Positions 28,011-40,808 of a stretch of DNA of 64,000 bases are shown here, in pieces. A program made the translations under genes and the position numbers. The stretch covers positions 29,631,440 to 29,695,439 of the forward strand of contig NC_081371.1 in the NCBI RefSeq assembly GCF_030684315.1, read 5' to 3'. How positions within the stretch are numbered: the first letter of the stretch is position 1; each line of letters opens with the position of its first letter. Origin of the DNA: Stegostoma tigrinum. Taxonomy: Eukaryota. The notes under the pieces were generated by a model, which saw nothing but the letters and a program-made list of their open reading frames with translations, ran no database searches and was not told the origin of the DNA.

Positions 28011-30841
28011 AAACAAAATTACTTTGATCAGAGGCCTGTTTCTCCTCTGTTGCACTGTTTAAGCTCCCTGGCTCGAGCAGTGTCTAATATTTCAGTCTTG
28101 TTTAACAGCAAGTGAAGCATTAGCTTAATCATTTGCTCATGGGAATTGGGCCTTTTCACAACATTGGCTTTTAAATGCTTGGAATTCTCTGGGCCTCAAG
28201 ACTATTCTTTTAGACTAGAGCACACCTCCAGAGAAGGAGCTGTTCTGTTGTAACTTGGATCAGTCTACACCCACTGGTCCTATTAAATGCCGAGTCTATG
28301 AATCATTTTCTGGTTCCACAGGTTCAGCTACAATTTAGTTCCTGCTTAGAGATTCACATTCCTAGGCTAAAGTATATTTTCCTGTATCTTATGGTGATCG
28401 AGAAATTTGTCACTGCTTTTTTCTCTTCCCCCCCTCCACTGCCCTGCAATTAAGTATACTCACCTCTTGGCTCTTCATTCATGTGGAACTATGTTCATTA
28501 ATGAGTTTTCCAATGATCTATCCTTCAAACTGCTTTTACACTTAGTTCACCGTCCAAGCCTGCCTTCCAACTTGGCATGTGGTTCACCATTAGTCCATAC
28601 TGATGCCACAAGACTAATCCCACCAACATGGTACCTATAGAACCTATCATCTCCGCTCTCTTCTTTGTTTATGACCAAGATATTGTTGCGATCCCAGGCT
28701 AAGCTGCTAACATTATTTTGTGATCTGGTTAAAAACCAGTAAACTTTATTTTTAAAGTTGTCAAAAGGGCATGATCTAGAGGATCAAATAATAAAATAAA
28801 GCCACTAGGTACTATGGTACTGAGCAATAAACTCTACTTTCCAAACTAGAACAGTAAAACAATTTACATGTCCAGTTTATTTGTAACACTTTGAATTAAT
28901 GTGGTAAACATGTTAGTATTCTATGACTGAACACAGGGCACATCATACAGAAAAAAGGATCAAGCCCTCCCATGGATTTCCCAATAATTCACCTGATGCT
29001 AACAATACAATGGGTTACCAAATCTCAAAAATCGTCACCTGTTCGATTCTTCACTTTTGCTCAAGGCCTCAAAATCTGCTTTCACAAATCATTTTGTCAT
29101 GGACTGCTTTAAAGGCTGTTTCTGTTTTAGTCACTGTCCTGTCCGAGTTTCACATTCCTCACAACTCAAACTTCTAGTACATAATCACTGGCACAAATCC
29201 AGCTTTTCACCAACAGCTGGCCTCACCAAGCCATCTCGCTGGGCTTTTTGGAGCTTTAATCTTGCTAAGCAGTATGCAGCAAATAATGCTTCTGGGATTT
29301 TTCAAAGCCCACTCTATTACTCTGAACTATTACTGACCACAGAATTTTCCCAAGAGCCTATTGCTTCCTCCAAAAAGACAGAGACTTTGCTACATTCTCA
29401 TACCCCAGAACTTCCAAGCCCTGACTCCAACTCTCAGTCACATACTAATTCCAAGAACATCTTCCAAACAGCTTTGAGCGTGTTGAGTAACAAACAGTGC
29501 CGAAGGTCTCCTGCTCAAATCAAGTTGACAATTTAAACAGCTTTCATTACATGAGAAAAGTTTATAACTTTACTTGCTAATGCTTGTTTGCAGATTATAC
29601 AGTGGTAATCAACTAAAATCAGGATCACTAGTGCAAAATGCAACAAAGCTGCATTTCTGCTAAGCATAGAACATAGAGCTGGACAGCACAGGAACACGTC
29701 CTTCAGCCCACAATGTTGTGCTGAGTATGACGCCAAATGAAATCAATCCCTTCTGCCTGCCATTGATCCATATCCCTCCACTGCTTGCATATTCATGTGC
29801 TTATCTAAAAGTCCCTTAAATGCCCATATTATATCTGCCTCCACCACCACCTCTGGCAGTATGTTCCAGACAATGTGTAATAAACTTGCCCCTCACATCT
29901 CCTTTGAACTTTCTCCCACTCACCTTAAACACATGTCCCCTAGTATTAGACATTTAACTTTTGGAAAAGATTCTGACTGTCAACCCTACCTACGCATCTC
30001 ATAATTTTATAGACTTCTATCAAGTCTCCCACCCACTCAGCCTGTGCTGCTCAAGAGAAAGCAATCTGAGTTTTTCTAACCACTTCTTATAGCTCATACT
30101 TTCTAATCCTGATAAACCTCTTGTGCACTCTCTCCAAAGCCTCCACATCCTTCCTGTAATGTGGCAAGCAGAACTGAATGCAATACCATTAAAAGTGTGG
30201 CCTAACCAAAGTCTTATAAGGTTGCAACTTGACATCCTGACTCTTACACAATTCCCTAAGCAATAAAGGCAAGCATGCCATACAGCTTCTTTATCACCCT
30301 ATCTACTCCCCTCAGGGGGCTAAGGACTTGAACCTCAAGATCCTCCTGTACATCAATGGTGTTCAGAGTCCTGCCATTAACTATTTACTTTTCCATAAGA
30401 CCATAAGACATAGGAGTGGAAGTAAGGTCATTCGTTCCATCAAGTCCACTCCGCCATTTAAATCCTGGCTGATGGGCATTTCAACTCCACTTCCCTGCAC
30501 TCTCCCCGTAGCCCTTGATGCCTTCTGAGATCAAGAATTTGTCGATCTCTGCCTTGAAGGCATCCAACGTCCCAGCCTCCACCGCACTTCGCGGCAATGA
30601 ATTCCACAAGCCCACCATTCTCTGGCTGAAGAAATGTCATCTCATTTCAGTTTTAAATTAACCCCCTCTAGTTTTAAGGCGGTGCCCACGGGTCCTAGTC
30701 TCCCCAGAAACAACTTCCTAGCGTCCACCCCTTCTAAACTACATTATCTTGTAAGTTTCTATTAGATCTCCCCTCAACCTTCTAAACTCTAATGAGTACA
30801 ATCCCAGGATCCTTAGCCGTTCATCATACGTTAAACCTACC

Positions 30842-31705
30842 AGCGAGTTTTGAAAAGATTTGTAGCTCAGGTTGGAGGTTCTGGATGTGAGTTTGCTCAC
30901 TGAGCTGGAAGGTTAGTTTTCAGATGTTTCGTCACCATTCTAGGTAACATCAGTGAGCCTCCGACAAAGCGCTGGTGTTATGTCCCGCTTTCTATTTACC
31001 TGGTTAGGTTTCCTTGGGTTGGTGATGTCATTTCCTGTTCTTTTTCTCAGGGGATGGTAGATTGGCTCCAAGTCAATGTGTTTGTTGATGGAATTCCGGT
31101 TGGAATGCCATGCTTCTAGGAATTCTCGTGCATGTCTCTGCTTGGCTTGTCCTTGGATGGATGTGTTGTCCCAATCAAAGTGGTGTCCTTCGTTATCTGT
31201 ATGTAAGGATACGAGTGATAGTGGGTCATGTCGTTTTGTGGCTAGTTGATGTTGTATCCTGGTGGCTAGCTTCCTGCCAGTTTGTCCAATGTAGTGTTTG
31301 TCACAGTCCTTGCAAGGTATTTTGTAGATGACGTTCGTTTTATTTGTTGTCTGTATAGGGTCTTTTAAGTTCATTAGCTGCTGTTTTACTGTGTTGGTGG
31401 GTTTGTGGGCTACCCTGATGCCAAGGGGTCCGAGTAGTCTGGCAGTCATTTCGGAAATGTCTTTGACGTAGGGGAGTGTGGTTATGGTTTCTGAGCCCGT
31501 TTTGTCTGTTTGTTTGGGTTTGTCTACCATCCCCTGAGAAAAAGAACAGGAAATGACATCACCAACCCAAGGAAACCTAACCAGATAAACAGAAAGCGGG
31601 ACATAACACCAGCGCTTCGTCGGAGGCTCACTGATGATGTTACCTAGAATGGTGATGAAACGTCTGAAAACTAACCTTCCAGCTCAGCGAGCAAACTCAC
31701 TTCCA
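30842..31705 (-). mobile_element. Penelope-like element, 5'-truncated, with GIY-YIG endonuclease ORF and inverted pLTR
   Basis: ORF 30940-31530 NVIYKIPCKDCDKHYIGQTGRKLATRI...REFLEAWHS. Inverted arms 30882-31061 and 31523-31705. 12-bp TSD GTTAAACCTACC at 30830-30841 and 31706-31717. Confidence 0.93.
31628..31667 (+). ncRNA. Minimal hammerhead ribozyme motif (PLE family B)
   Basis: UCA-CUGAUGA-U-GUUACC(UAGAAU)GGUGAU-GAAA-CGUC-UGA, with a 3-bp stem I UCA/UGA and palindromic ACGU stem III. Confidence 0.7.
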
Positions 31706-32378
31706 GTTAAACCTACCTTCCTTAACAGTTGATCTCCCAAATTGCAGCACCTCACATTCACCCGGATTATACTCCATCTGCCGTTTCTCTGCCCATATCT
31801 GCGACTGATCTATATTGCGCTGCATCTTTTGACAATCTTCTACACTATCCACAATTCCACCGATCTTTGTACCATCTGCAAACTTATAACCCACCCTTCT
31901 GCATTTTTATCTGAGTCATTTATATGCATCAAACAGCAAAGACCCCAGTACGGATCCCGGTAGAATACCACTAGTCACAGACTGCAAGCCTGAAAAACAC
32001 CCTTCCACCAGTATGCTGACTTCTATGGTAAACCCAATTCTGTATTCACACAGCCAAGTCACTGTGGATGTCACGCATCTTAATCTTCTGGACGAGCCTA
32101 CCTTGAAGGAACCTTGTTGAGGGCCTTACTAAAATCCATGTAAACAAATCCACAGCCGTGCCCTCAATGAATTTTTTGAGGAGCTGACGAAAGTGATCAA
32201 TCAAGTCAGACATAAGCCCCGCATAAAGCCACGCTTTTCCAAATGTGCATAAATCCTAACTGTAAGAATTCTCTCCAATAATTTCCCATGCACTGATGTG
32301 AGACTCACTTGTCTGTAGTCTCCTGGATTATCCCTATTTCCCTTTTTGAATGGAGGAACACCATTAGCTACATTAAAC

Positions 32379-33070
32379 ATGGCTGGTGCATCCTCAGTTG
32401 TGACTGAAACCAGTTTGTTAATTGGAATGTTATTCTCAAGCAAGTATCTTTTGAATTTGTTCTTATTCTTACTTCTTGCTTTCTCATTAAGGGGCACAAG
32501 GGTGACAAGATCCTCTCCATAAAAACCATCCACACAAAAGCTCAACTAGCTGTGTTGTTCATGTTAACAGATTAATTCATTGGCCTGCAATGACAAGCAT
32601 TCCATCCTTCACATCCTGCTTTAGTTGCTGTAAGTTGTCTTCAGATAAAGATTCTACCTTGATTTCCTGCTGTGAAAACACCAACTGACATGCTCTGGAT
32701 TGCTGTTAGTATGTTGCCTGTGTTCTTAAAGTCTCTGAATGGTCTGCACCCACAGTCTTGCCTGTTTAAGTTCTTAGTTATCTGTACATGATTTCTTGTA
32801 TTTCACAAGATGACAGCAAACATAAGATGATAGATCAGTGCAGGCCTTACTTTAGGTGCTGGTTTAGAAATAAAAATTGTTCAGCTTTCGAATTGGCATT
32901 CAGTTCGTCAATAATATTTGTCCAAAAGAAAACAATTTAAATTTACGGTAAATCATTGTGGTATGATTCCAAATTCTGTTTTACTTTTTATTGGTTGTAT
33001 TTTAGTTGTGAACAGAAATTCATTTTTCTATTCCACATGTAAGTTGCTCATTTTGGTTTCCTTATAGATG
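32379..33070 (-). mobile_element. Decayed hAT transposase (SPIN/Buster/GTF2IRD2-like)
   Basis: EDLVTLVPLNEK...FKRYLLENNIPINKLVSVTTEDAPAM, resembling the TTDGAPAM motif. Confidence 0.65.
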
Positions 33071-36000
33071 GCTCACATTTATCATGCATCATTACTGCTT
33101 AACCTTACAGTTTGTGACATCACTTTACTAGTGATCATGCTGCATCTCCATGCATCTGGAATATCCAGAACATTACTGGGCTGCTTTCAAGTACAGAGAT
33201 GTCACAGGTCACAACTGTAGCCACTGTTTCCAGGCCTCTGATCAGCTTGCGTTGCTCAGGTACTGGATGTGGGGTATGGCAGTGTCTCCTGTAGCTTTCG
33301 TCCATGTTGGACTGATCGATTAGATAAGTAGCTGAAGGAAGAAAACTACAGGTCTACGGAGACTGAGCAGAATAAACTGCTCTTGCAAAGTTTACACAGA
33401 TATGATGGGCAGAATTGTGTATTATGTTTACAGTAGTGTAATACACCAGCTTCGCACATCAGTTTCCAGCATATTTCTTATTTAATTGTTTGCATTTCTC
33501 CCACAAAAGTTACTTTACCCTGCAATGCTAGTCCATCCGGACCAAATTGAAACACGATGCAATGAGCAGGCAAAGCCTGTTAAGAACATACACTTTTCTC
33601 AATCCCTGTTGCTTCATGGAAGTCATGCAGCTGCATGGCAATCGACGGGTGCGTGGCGAGGAAATGCAGGCAGACAGTGAGATTCTGCATTTCACCAATT
33701 GATTGTGATCTATACATTGGAGACCATAGTTATAAAAGATACACATTGCCTCCACTGTGTCAATGAATTCTCATAGCAGTGGGAAGAGTGCTTAACAAGC
33801 CGGTTGCCTTGTCCTTGATGGTGTTAAGCTTCTTGCTGGAGCTGCAGTATTATAGCCAAGTTGACTGTATTGCGCCACTCTCCTGATTTATATCCTGTGG
33901 ATGGTGGAACGGCTTTGTAGTATCAGGTGGTGAGTTCCCAGCACAGGATTCCTTGGCCCTGTAGCGCTCTTCTAGTCAAAATAATATGTCTAATGCAGTT
34001 CAGTTTCAGGTCAACAGTAACCCACAGGATATTAAGAATGGAAGAGTATAGCGATGATAACATGATTGAATGTCATGAAGAATGGGAAGATTCAGTCTTA
34101 TTGGAAATGGTCATTGCCTGGCATTTGTCTGGCATAAATGACAGTGACTACCAATGAAGCAGCTCAAAACCTTTAGGCATAAGATACTACTGTGAGGAAG
34201 TCATGCACCGCATCCAGAGGGTTTGACAATTGCCCTTTAACAATCATTGCCATCTTTCTTCATGCCAGATATGACTCAAAACATTGGAGAAATTCCACAA
34301 CACCTCACCAATTTCCACTGACTGCAATTATGTTCTGCTCATTGATGCCATACAAAGTTAAAAGTTGTTTTGATATAAAGAGCAATCAATCACTCTTGTA
34401 TAGTAATGAAATAGAGAAGCATAATGCAAAAAAGCAGTGACACAAGCTATCAAGTAAAGTGTTCTGGAAAAAAAAAAGAGAGAAGGAATAGCCTGTATAA
34501 GAGCCTAACACACTTCTCTAAAATATGGAATGTATTAGTGTAACAAAAGCAGTTTTGAGAAATCTACTAGAGTCAGACCTTAATAGTGACAGAAACTGTC
34601 CACACCTAGAATAAGCCACAAATATTATTCAAAATGGAATTAAGCTAAAATTCAATTCTCATCTGATTTCAAGTTCAGCCTTTGCCCATGTTCAGACCAA
34701 AGTAGTACTTAGGTCAGGAGCTGAGTTGCTGTGACAGAATAGAAACTGAAAATCAGTATGCAAGTTATTGTCAAAGAAGTGCCATTTGTTAGCACTGATG
34801 GCACCCTTCCATCATTCCATTGGTAATCTAGAGTAAACCGATGGGTTGGTAATAACCTGGCTTCAGGTTATCCTGTTCTTTGAAGACATGCCTTAAAACT
34901 ATCACTGGCCAACCATCTGACAAAGTATCTCCATAAAACCATAAGATGAAGGAGTGAAAGTAGCCATTTAGACCATCCATTTGATGAGACTGTTCTGACA
35001 ATCCTCAAATCTCCTTACATAAGTCTTATACAAAATTTGACAAGTTATGTGAAACATTATGCAATTCAAATATATTAAAAGGAGGTCACATTGCTGTACG
35101 GCATTAAACAATTTAATGGAATTGAATTATTTTATTAACATATTCTCTGCACATTAACATTGCCAATGAAGCAAATATATACTCGAACATTCTACGTTGC
35201 TCCCAAATCATTACACTTCGAATAGCTCAGAAACGGTTTTGCCCATTGAGTTATCAAGGGAGCAAAAGGCACACCTTCCACAATGCTTTCGTATAGTGAA
35301 GGATAGAGTGGGGGAAAAGGCTTCAAAGGGAGAGACCTGACTCGTACCCAATACTGCATGTGAGGGCTACGTACGATATTAATCAACAAGTTATTCAAGA
35401 GCACCGAATGCAATAAAGTGATGACAGATGGCGAACACTTCTCCTAAGTGTTCAAATATTGCCATGGATCGACACTCAATAGATGAATGAAGGCAAGTAT
35501 TTGAATGAATGCGTTCAGTGAAGGAAAGCGAGATATTTCATTTTAACAGCAAGTACGAAAGACAACGAACGGTTTGGGGAACTATTTTCACCAGCTCAGT
35601 GTACTTAGGCGTGAAAAAAATTTGTCAAAACAGCCTGGTGACGACATGCATTGCTTGCACTCCCTTTTACGGTCAATGGGGAACCTCGACATTCATAAAG
35701 GAAACTGAAGAAAATAATAGTGGTCACGCACCGGTCTCAGCGAACGTAAGAAATGGGCACACAAATTGCAGAAGCAAAGATCCCACATGGAAACGAAAGC
35801 ATTGTCAGGACTCAGTACCACCAGGGAAATGCTAGAATATGGAATGAAACTAGCGGTGGCAACTACAAGTTGATTTAAACGCATGTTCTGGCTGTTAGCT
35901 GCTCCGACCTGACCACCACCCTGCCCCGGGATAACCTGACAGTAGGTTGGGATTTTACTGAGCATCACAGCTCCCTCCGGGTAAACGGGCATTTGTAGAG

Positions 36001-36088
36001 TGAGTGTAACTGGGAGAGAGGGAAGGTACTCGCTGCCTTTCGGGATCATAAAGCAGGCGGTGAGTTGGGATAAAGCAGTGGCTGGTAC

Positions 36089-36250
36089 CTGTGCCGTTCG
36101 TTGCCTCCCCGGTTTCCTCTCTCTCACAAGCAGAACCTATCAGTAGTCGCCATGTGTGCCATTCCCCCGTTGCTCAGCCTCCGGCTCTGAGAGCGCGTTC
36201 ACATCCTGACCTTTCACCTCTGACCTCCGCGACCCCCAGTGAGCGGCTGT
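36089..36250 (-). other. ERGIC2: Probable non-coding exon 1 of ERGIC2 (TSS approximate)
   Basis: CpG-rich island with a YY1-like ACATGGCG, candidate donor CAG|gtacca at 36089/36088, and tandem ETS sites immediately upstream. It is the only promoter-like island seen upstream of exon 2. Confidence 0.65.
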
Positions 36251-36280
36251 TTCCGGGAAGGTAACTTCCGGCTTCCGGCT
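36249..36280 (-). promoter_or_regulatory. ERGIC2 core promoter: tandem ETS/GABP sites
   Basis: Minus strand CCGGAAGCCGGAAGTTACCTTCCCGGAAAC, typical of TATA-less housekeeping promoters. Confidence 0.7.
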
Positions 36281-37215
36281 CTCCTGTTTCCATGGAGTTG
36301 AGGACGTCTATCATTTAGAAAAGCAAGGGGAATCATAACTGGTCAAAGAAAAAAAAACATAAATTAGCTTGGTGCTTTGTCAAAGAGGTCGGGGTTTAAG
36401 CAGCACCCAAAAGGAAGAAAGAGTGCGTTTCAGCATCTGGCGATCAGAAACCATTGATGTATTATGGAGTTGGACTCCAGCGACTGAGCAGGAGGCGTTA
36501 GCGATAAAACAGCTCTGGGACGGGTAAAGCATTCGGCACTGGCAAGCTCCTGCGTGTGAGGATTTAAGCAAAAAGCCCAGATTTTGTGGTCAGTATCAAA
36601 GCAGCAGAAAAAGATACCCTTTAAATATAGTTAATGTTAATACTTAATGTACGTTATTAAAATTTATATAGCAATAGTGATCAAAGGGTGTCCCAAAGCA
36701 TTCGACACCCAATAAGCTATTTTTGAATTGTAGTAACTTGCTAGGAAATTCAGGAGTCGATTTGCATCCAGCAATCTCGAGGAGCTATGAGAATGTGGTG
36801 ATCTAGAAGGTCTTTGCAATGTTCGGAGACATAGTTTCCAATCCCACCATGGGCAAATAGCGAAATTTGAATAAGGAGGTGTGGTCCTGTGGTAATGTCC
36901 CTACGACCCAGGTAAGTCCCACCTGCTTCAGAGTTATGCCATAATATGCCTGACCAGGTTATTTAAAAGTATCTACGGCAAGCTGCCACTACCTTAGTTA
37001 TCCACTGCCATGACAGTTAACAAATGTTTTTGTTTTCGTTTGACTAGAGAATTGGGTCATGGGGCGTTGACCAGTGATGTAAGTGCGCAGCAAAAGGAAC
37101 AACCAATTAGATTGATGAGAGATAATGGGAACTGCAGATGCTGGAGATTCCAAGATAATAAAATGTGAGGCTGGATGAACACAGCAGGCCAAGCAGCATC
37201 TCAGGAGCACAAAAG

Positions 37216-37247
37216 CTGACGTTTCGGGCCTAGACCCTTCATCAGAG
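37216..37247 (-). ncRNA. Minimal hammerhead ribozyme motif (family A), core intact
   Basis: Exact reverse complement of the motif at 38101-38132. Confidence 0.7.
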
Positions 37248-38100
37248 AGGGGGATGGGGGGAGGGAACTGGAATAAATAGGGAGAGGCGGACCGAAGATG
37301 GAGAGTAAAGAAGATAGGTGGAGAGAGTGTAGGTGGGGAGGTAGGGAGGGGATAGGTCAGTCCAGGGAAGACGGACAGGTCAAGGAGGTGGGATGAGGTT
37401 AGTAGGAAGGGATGGGTGAGAGGAAGAACCGGTTATGGGATGCAGTGGGTGGGGGGGAAGAGCTGGGCTGGTTGTGTGGTGCAGTGGGGGGAGGGGACGA
37501 ACTGGGCTGGTTGAGGGATGCAGTAGGGGAAGGGGAGATTTTGAAACTGGTGAAGTCCACATTGATACCATTAGGCTACAGGGTTCCCAGGCGGAATATG
37601 AGTTGCTGTTCCATGACATGTCCATCATGGGCCTCCTGCACTGCCACAATGATGCCACCCGAAGGTTGCAGGAACAGCAACTCATATTCCGCCTGGGAAC
37701 CCTGCAGCCTAATGGTATCAATGTGGACTTCACCAGTTTCAAAATCTCCCCTTCCCCTACTGCATCCCTCAACCAGCCCAGTTCGTCCCCTCCCCCCACT
37801 GCACCACACAACCAGCCCAGCTCTTCCCCCCCACCCACTGCATCCCAAAACCAGTCCAACCTGTCTCTGCCTCCCTAACCGGTTCTTCCTCTCACCCATC
37901 CCTTCCTCCCACCCCAAGCCGCACCCCCCGCTACCTACTAACCTCATCCCACCTCCTTGACCTGTCCGTCTTCCCTGGACTGACCTATCCCCTCCCTACC
38001 TCCCCACCTACACTCTCTCCACCTATCTTCTTTACTCTCCATCTTCGGTCCGCCTCCCCCCCTCTCCCTATTTATTCCAGTTCCCTCCCCCCATCCCCCT

Positions 38101-38132
38101 CTCTGATGAAGGGTCTAGGCCCGAAACGTCAG
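38101..38132 (+). ncRNA. Minimal hammerhead ribozyme motif (PLE family A), core intact
   Basis: CU-CUGAUGA-A-GGGUC(UA)GGCCC-GAAA-CGUC-AG. Confidence 0.7.
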
Positions 38133-40451
38133 CTTTTGTGCTCCTGAGATGCTGCTTGGCCTGCTGTGTTCATCCAGCTTCACATTTTATTATAATTAGA
38201 TTGATGACACCTCATTGACACTTGCATAGTGTAAACCACAAAGTATAGAACATTGAACATTACAGCACAGTAAGTTTTAAATCATATGCAGAAATCACAT
38301 TAAAGATTGGGAATTAAATATGGGTTTGAAAAAGACACAAAACAATTACATTTATAGCAGTGATGAAATTCTGAAGTAGCAAGAACTCCACACTTTTGAA
38401 ATTAAATTTTCAGTGCCAAAGATATTTTTAAGTATTTATGAATGATTGATCATGCCATTAAATGTTAATCTTAAATATGAATTCACCAGTCCTAACTTTC
38501 CCTGTATTGTTTAATGGGCAGCTATTAGGTAACTACAGAAAGTACTAGAGAAAATCAGCACATCATGGGTCTCTTTGTGGGACTTGAAACATTGACTCTG
38601 TTCCACTCCACGGATGCTGCCAGACCTGCTGGGTTTATCCATCGCTTTATTTTAATTTCACATCTTCATGATGTGCATTATTTTGCTTTTAATTGTTAAG
38701 TGCTGCAACTTTATGTGCTACATGAATTTCAACAATGAGTGTATAGAAAAATACAAGTACAGGACAGACTGTGGAGAAGCAGAGTAGCTCGAACCTCAAA
38801 CTTCTGAATTTCCAAGTGTATGTGCATACCTTTGGTTGCTGTCCAATTTACTTCATAATAATACTGTACGCTATTAGTCCCAGTATTTTTCTTAATGCAA
38901 AATCCAGACCAATGTCTTTTATTGCTGATCTGTTTACTCCTGAATAATTGTATTAGCTTGGTTCTCATCTCAAGTGGATGTATTGGTAGACAATTTAGTC
39001 TATTGTCGTTCAAACAGATCATTGTTAATCTGTTGGTAACCTAACTATTAGTACCCACCTTTTCCCTATCAATCAATCTTCTTTTAAATTTAACAATTGA
39101 CTCAACAACTATGTGGTTTGTGGAAGACAGTTTCAGAAACCCTTTGTGTGAATAAGTGTTTTCTTACACCACCCAAAAATATGAATATACAAATTAAGAG
39201 CAGGGGAAGGCCATTGAACCCCACTGCCATTTAATAAGTTATCAGCTCATCTGATAGTTCCGCATTCCCACCTACCCTTGATAACCTTTCATCCCATTGC
39301 TTCTCCAGAATTTATCTACTTCTATCCACAAAAAAAGGATGGTCTGTCCGCCACATTTTGAGGAACAAGTGTTCCAAGGATTCACAAATCTCTGCAAGGA
39401 GAAAAGTTCGCATCACTCTTTGACTCCTTGTTTTTAAATAGTGATCTCTGGTTATAGATTCTCACACAAGAAGAAGCAAACACATCCATCCTGTCAAGAT
39501 CCCTAAAGGTCTTCTATTCTTGTTCTGACATTTATCCAATTCCTCCAGGTTTGGACTCCCAAACCTTTGAAAATAATTTATCTCTATCTACCCTATCTGT
39601 TCCTCCTAAAACCGTCAATGAAATTACTGCTTAAAGCTCTAAATTCTAGAGTATATTACCCTAGGTTGTACAATATCACCACGTAATTAACCCTTTGATT
39701 TCATGTCTCATTCTGGTAAATCTGTGCTGTACTCATTGTCATACCAATATATCATTCTCAAGGTGTGGCAGAATATTCTGTTCACAATTCTCTGGGTCAT
39801 CGAATCAGAATTTTGCATTGCTGGAGCATGACTTCTATTCACTTGAACTCTAATCCTAACAGTATAAAAGCTTTAATTCCATTTGTCTTTTTGATTATTT
39901 ACAGGATGTACATTTACCTACATTGCAATCCATTTGTCTGTTTTATTCATTCACTTAACATATTAATATTTCTTGGTAAAATGATGCTTTTATCTGCACT
40001 GCTTTCAGTACCAATTCTCTTGCCACCTGGTTGAAAAGTATGTAAATGGAGTGATTACATGATAGGGGTTGTACTTGGCAAGAAATAGAAACAGTAGAAT
40101 CTGTTATTAAGATTGCTGTTTAGATTCTTTACTAAAAAGCACTCTATTTCCTCTTATATTTTTCACATGTCTACTTCGAAAATTTTAAGGTCAGCTTCTC
40201 TAATTTCCTGTGTTCACATTTGACATAAATGTTACAACTAAGTTGCAGTTCTGAATTTTAAGGTATCAGTGGAATAATATTTAAGTTTTACCTTCAGGAC
40301 TTTTCTGAGTATAGTCTTCTAGACAAGTATAATACAAATAATAAAAATAGAATGTAATCTTGCTCATGCTTTGAAATTGTCAAGGGATCGTTCTCAAATC
40401 TTAATGTCACCAAAAAGGCAGCTTTGCATAACAGGACATTGTTTATTAAGG

Positions 40452-40715
40452 CTGACAATAACAAATGCTTAAGATCACAGCAGGTCAGGCAGCCACCATG
40501 GAGAGGGAGCAAGCTATATTGTTTGGGGTCTGGATGACTCTTCATCAGAGCTGACATGAAGTTTGGAGAGGCCAGCATTTGTCACTTCACATCAGCTCTG
40601 ATGAAGAGCTATCTAGACTCGAAACATTAGTTTGTTCTCTCTGCCTGACCCACTGTGAACCCCAGCATTTGTTGTTTTCAGTATAAATGCCAGCATTTGC
40701 AGTAATTTGCTCCTT
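40452..40715. mobile_element. Short inverted PLE pLTR pair
   Basis: CTGATGAAGAG(CTATCTAGA)CTCGAAACAT at 40598-40628 and an opposite copy at ~40517-40548. Perfect 15-bp TSD CATTGTTTATTAAGG at 40437-40451 and 40716-40730. Confidence 0.85.
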
Positions 40716-40808
40716 CATTGTTTATTAAGGTTTTACTTCAGAAAAAAACCAGAACATTCAAATCTTCATAGTGATAATTTTGAAATTGTCTGTCTAAATA
40801 AAATGTTA

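Larger units (their letters stand above)
29665..32378 (-). mobile_element. CR1 LINE hosting a second CR1 (30396-30841) and a PLE (30842-31705)
   Basis: CR1 RT remnants on both sides (KFADGTKIGG 31697-31894; PGDYRQVSLTSV ~32300). The inner CR1 begins with an (ATAAGAC)n tail at ~30395. Confidence 0.85.
37119..38193. mobile_element. Young fold-back PLE insertion (near-perfect 1.07-kb palindrome)
   Basis: Arms 37155-37612 and 37671-38193 with a 58-nt loop. GIY-YIG C-terminal remnant RRLQEQQLIFRLGTLQPNGINVDF. 14-bp TSD AATTAGATTGATGA at 37105-37118 and 38194-38207. Confidence 0.95.

Noticed and set aside
35509-36127. 108-aa and 144-aa ORFs beside the CpG island
   Set aside because: No recognisable domain. 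They lie in ERGIC2 exon 1/intron 1, where higher GC lengthens chance ORFs.
37380-37960. Four overlapping ORFs on both strands with mirrored peptides
   Set aside because: Artefact of the palindromic PLE insertion. Only a GIY-YIG C-terminal remnant is meaningful.
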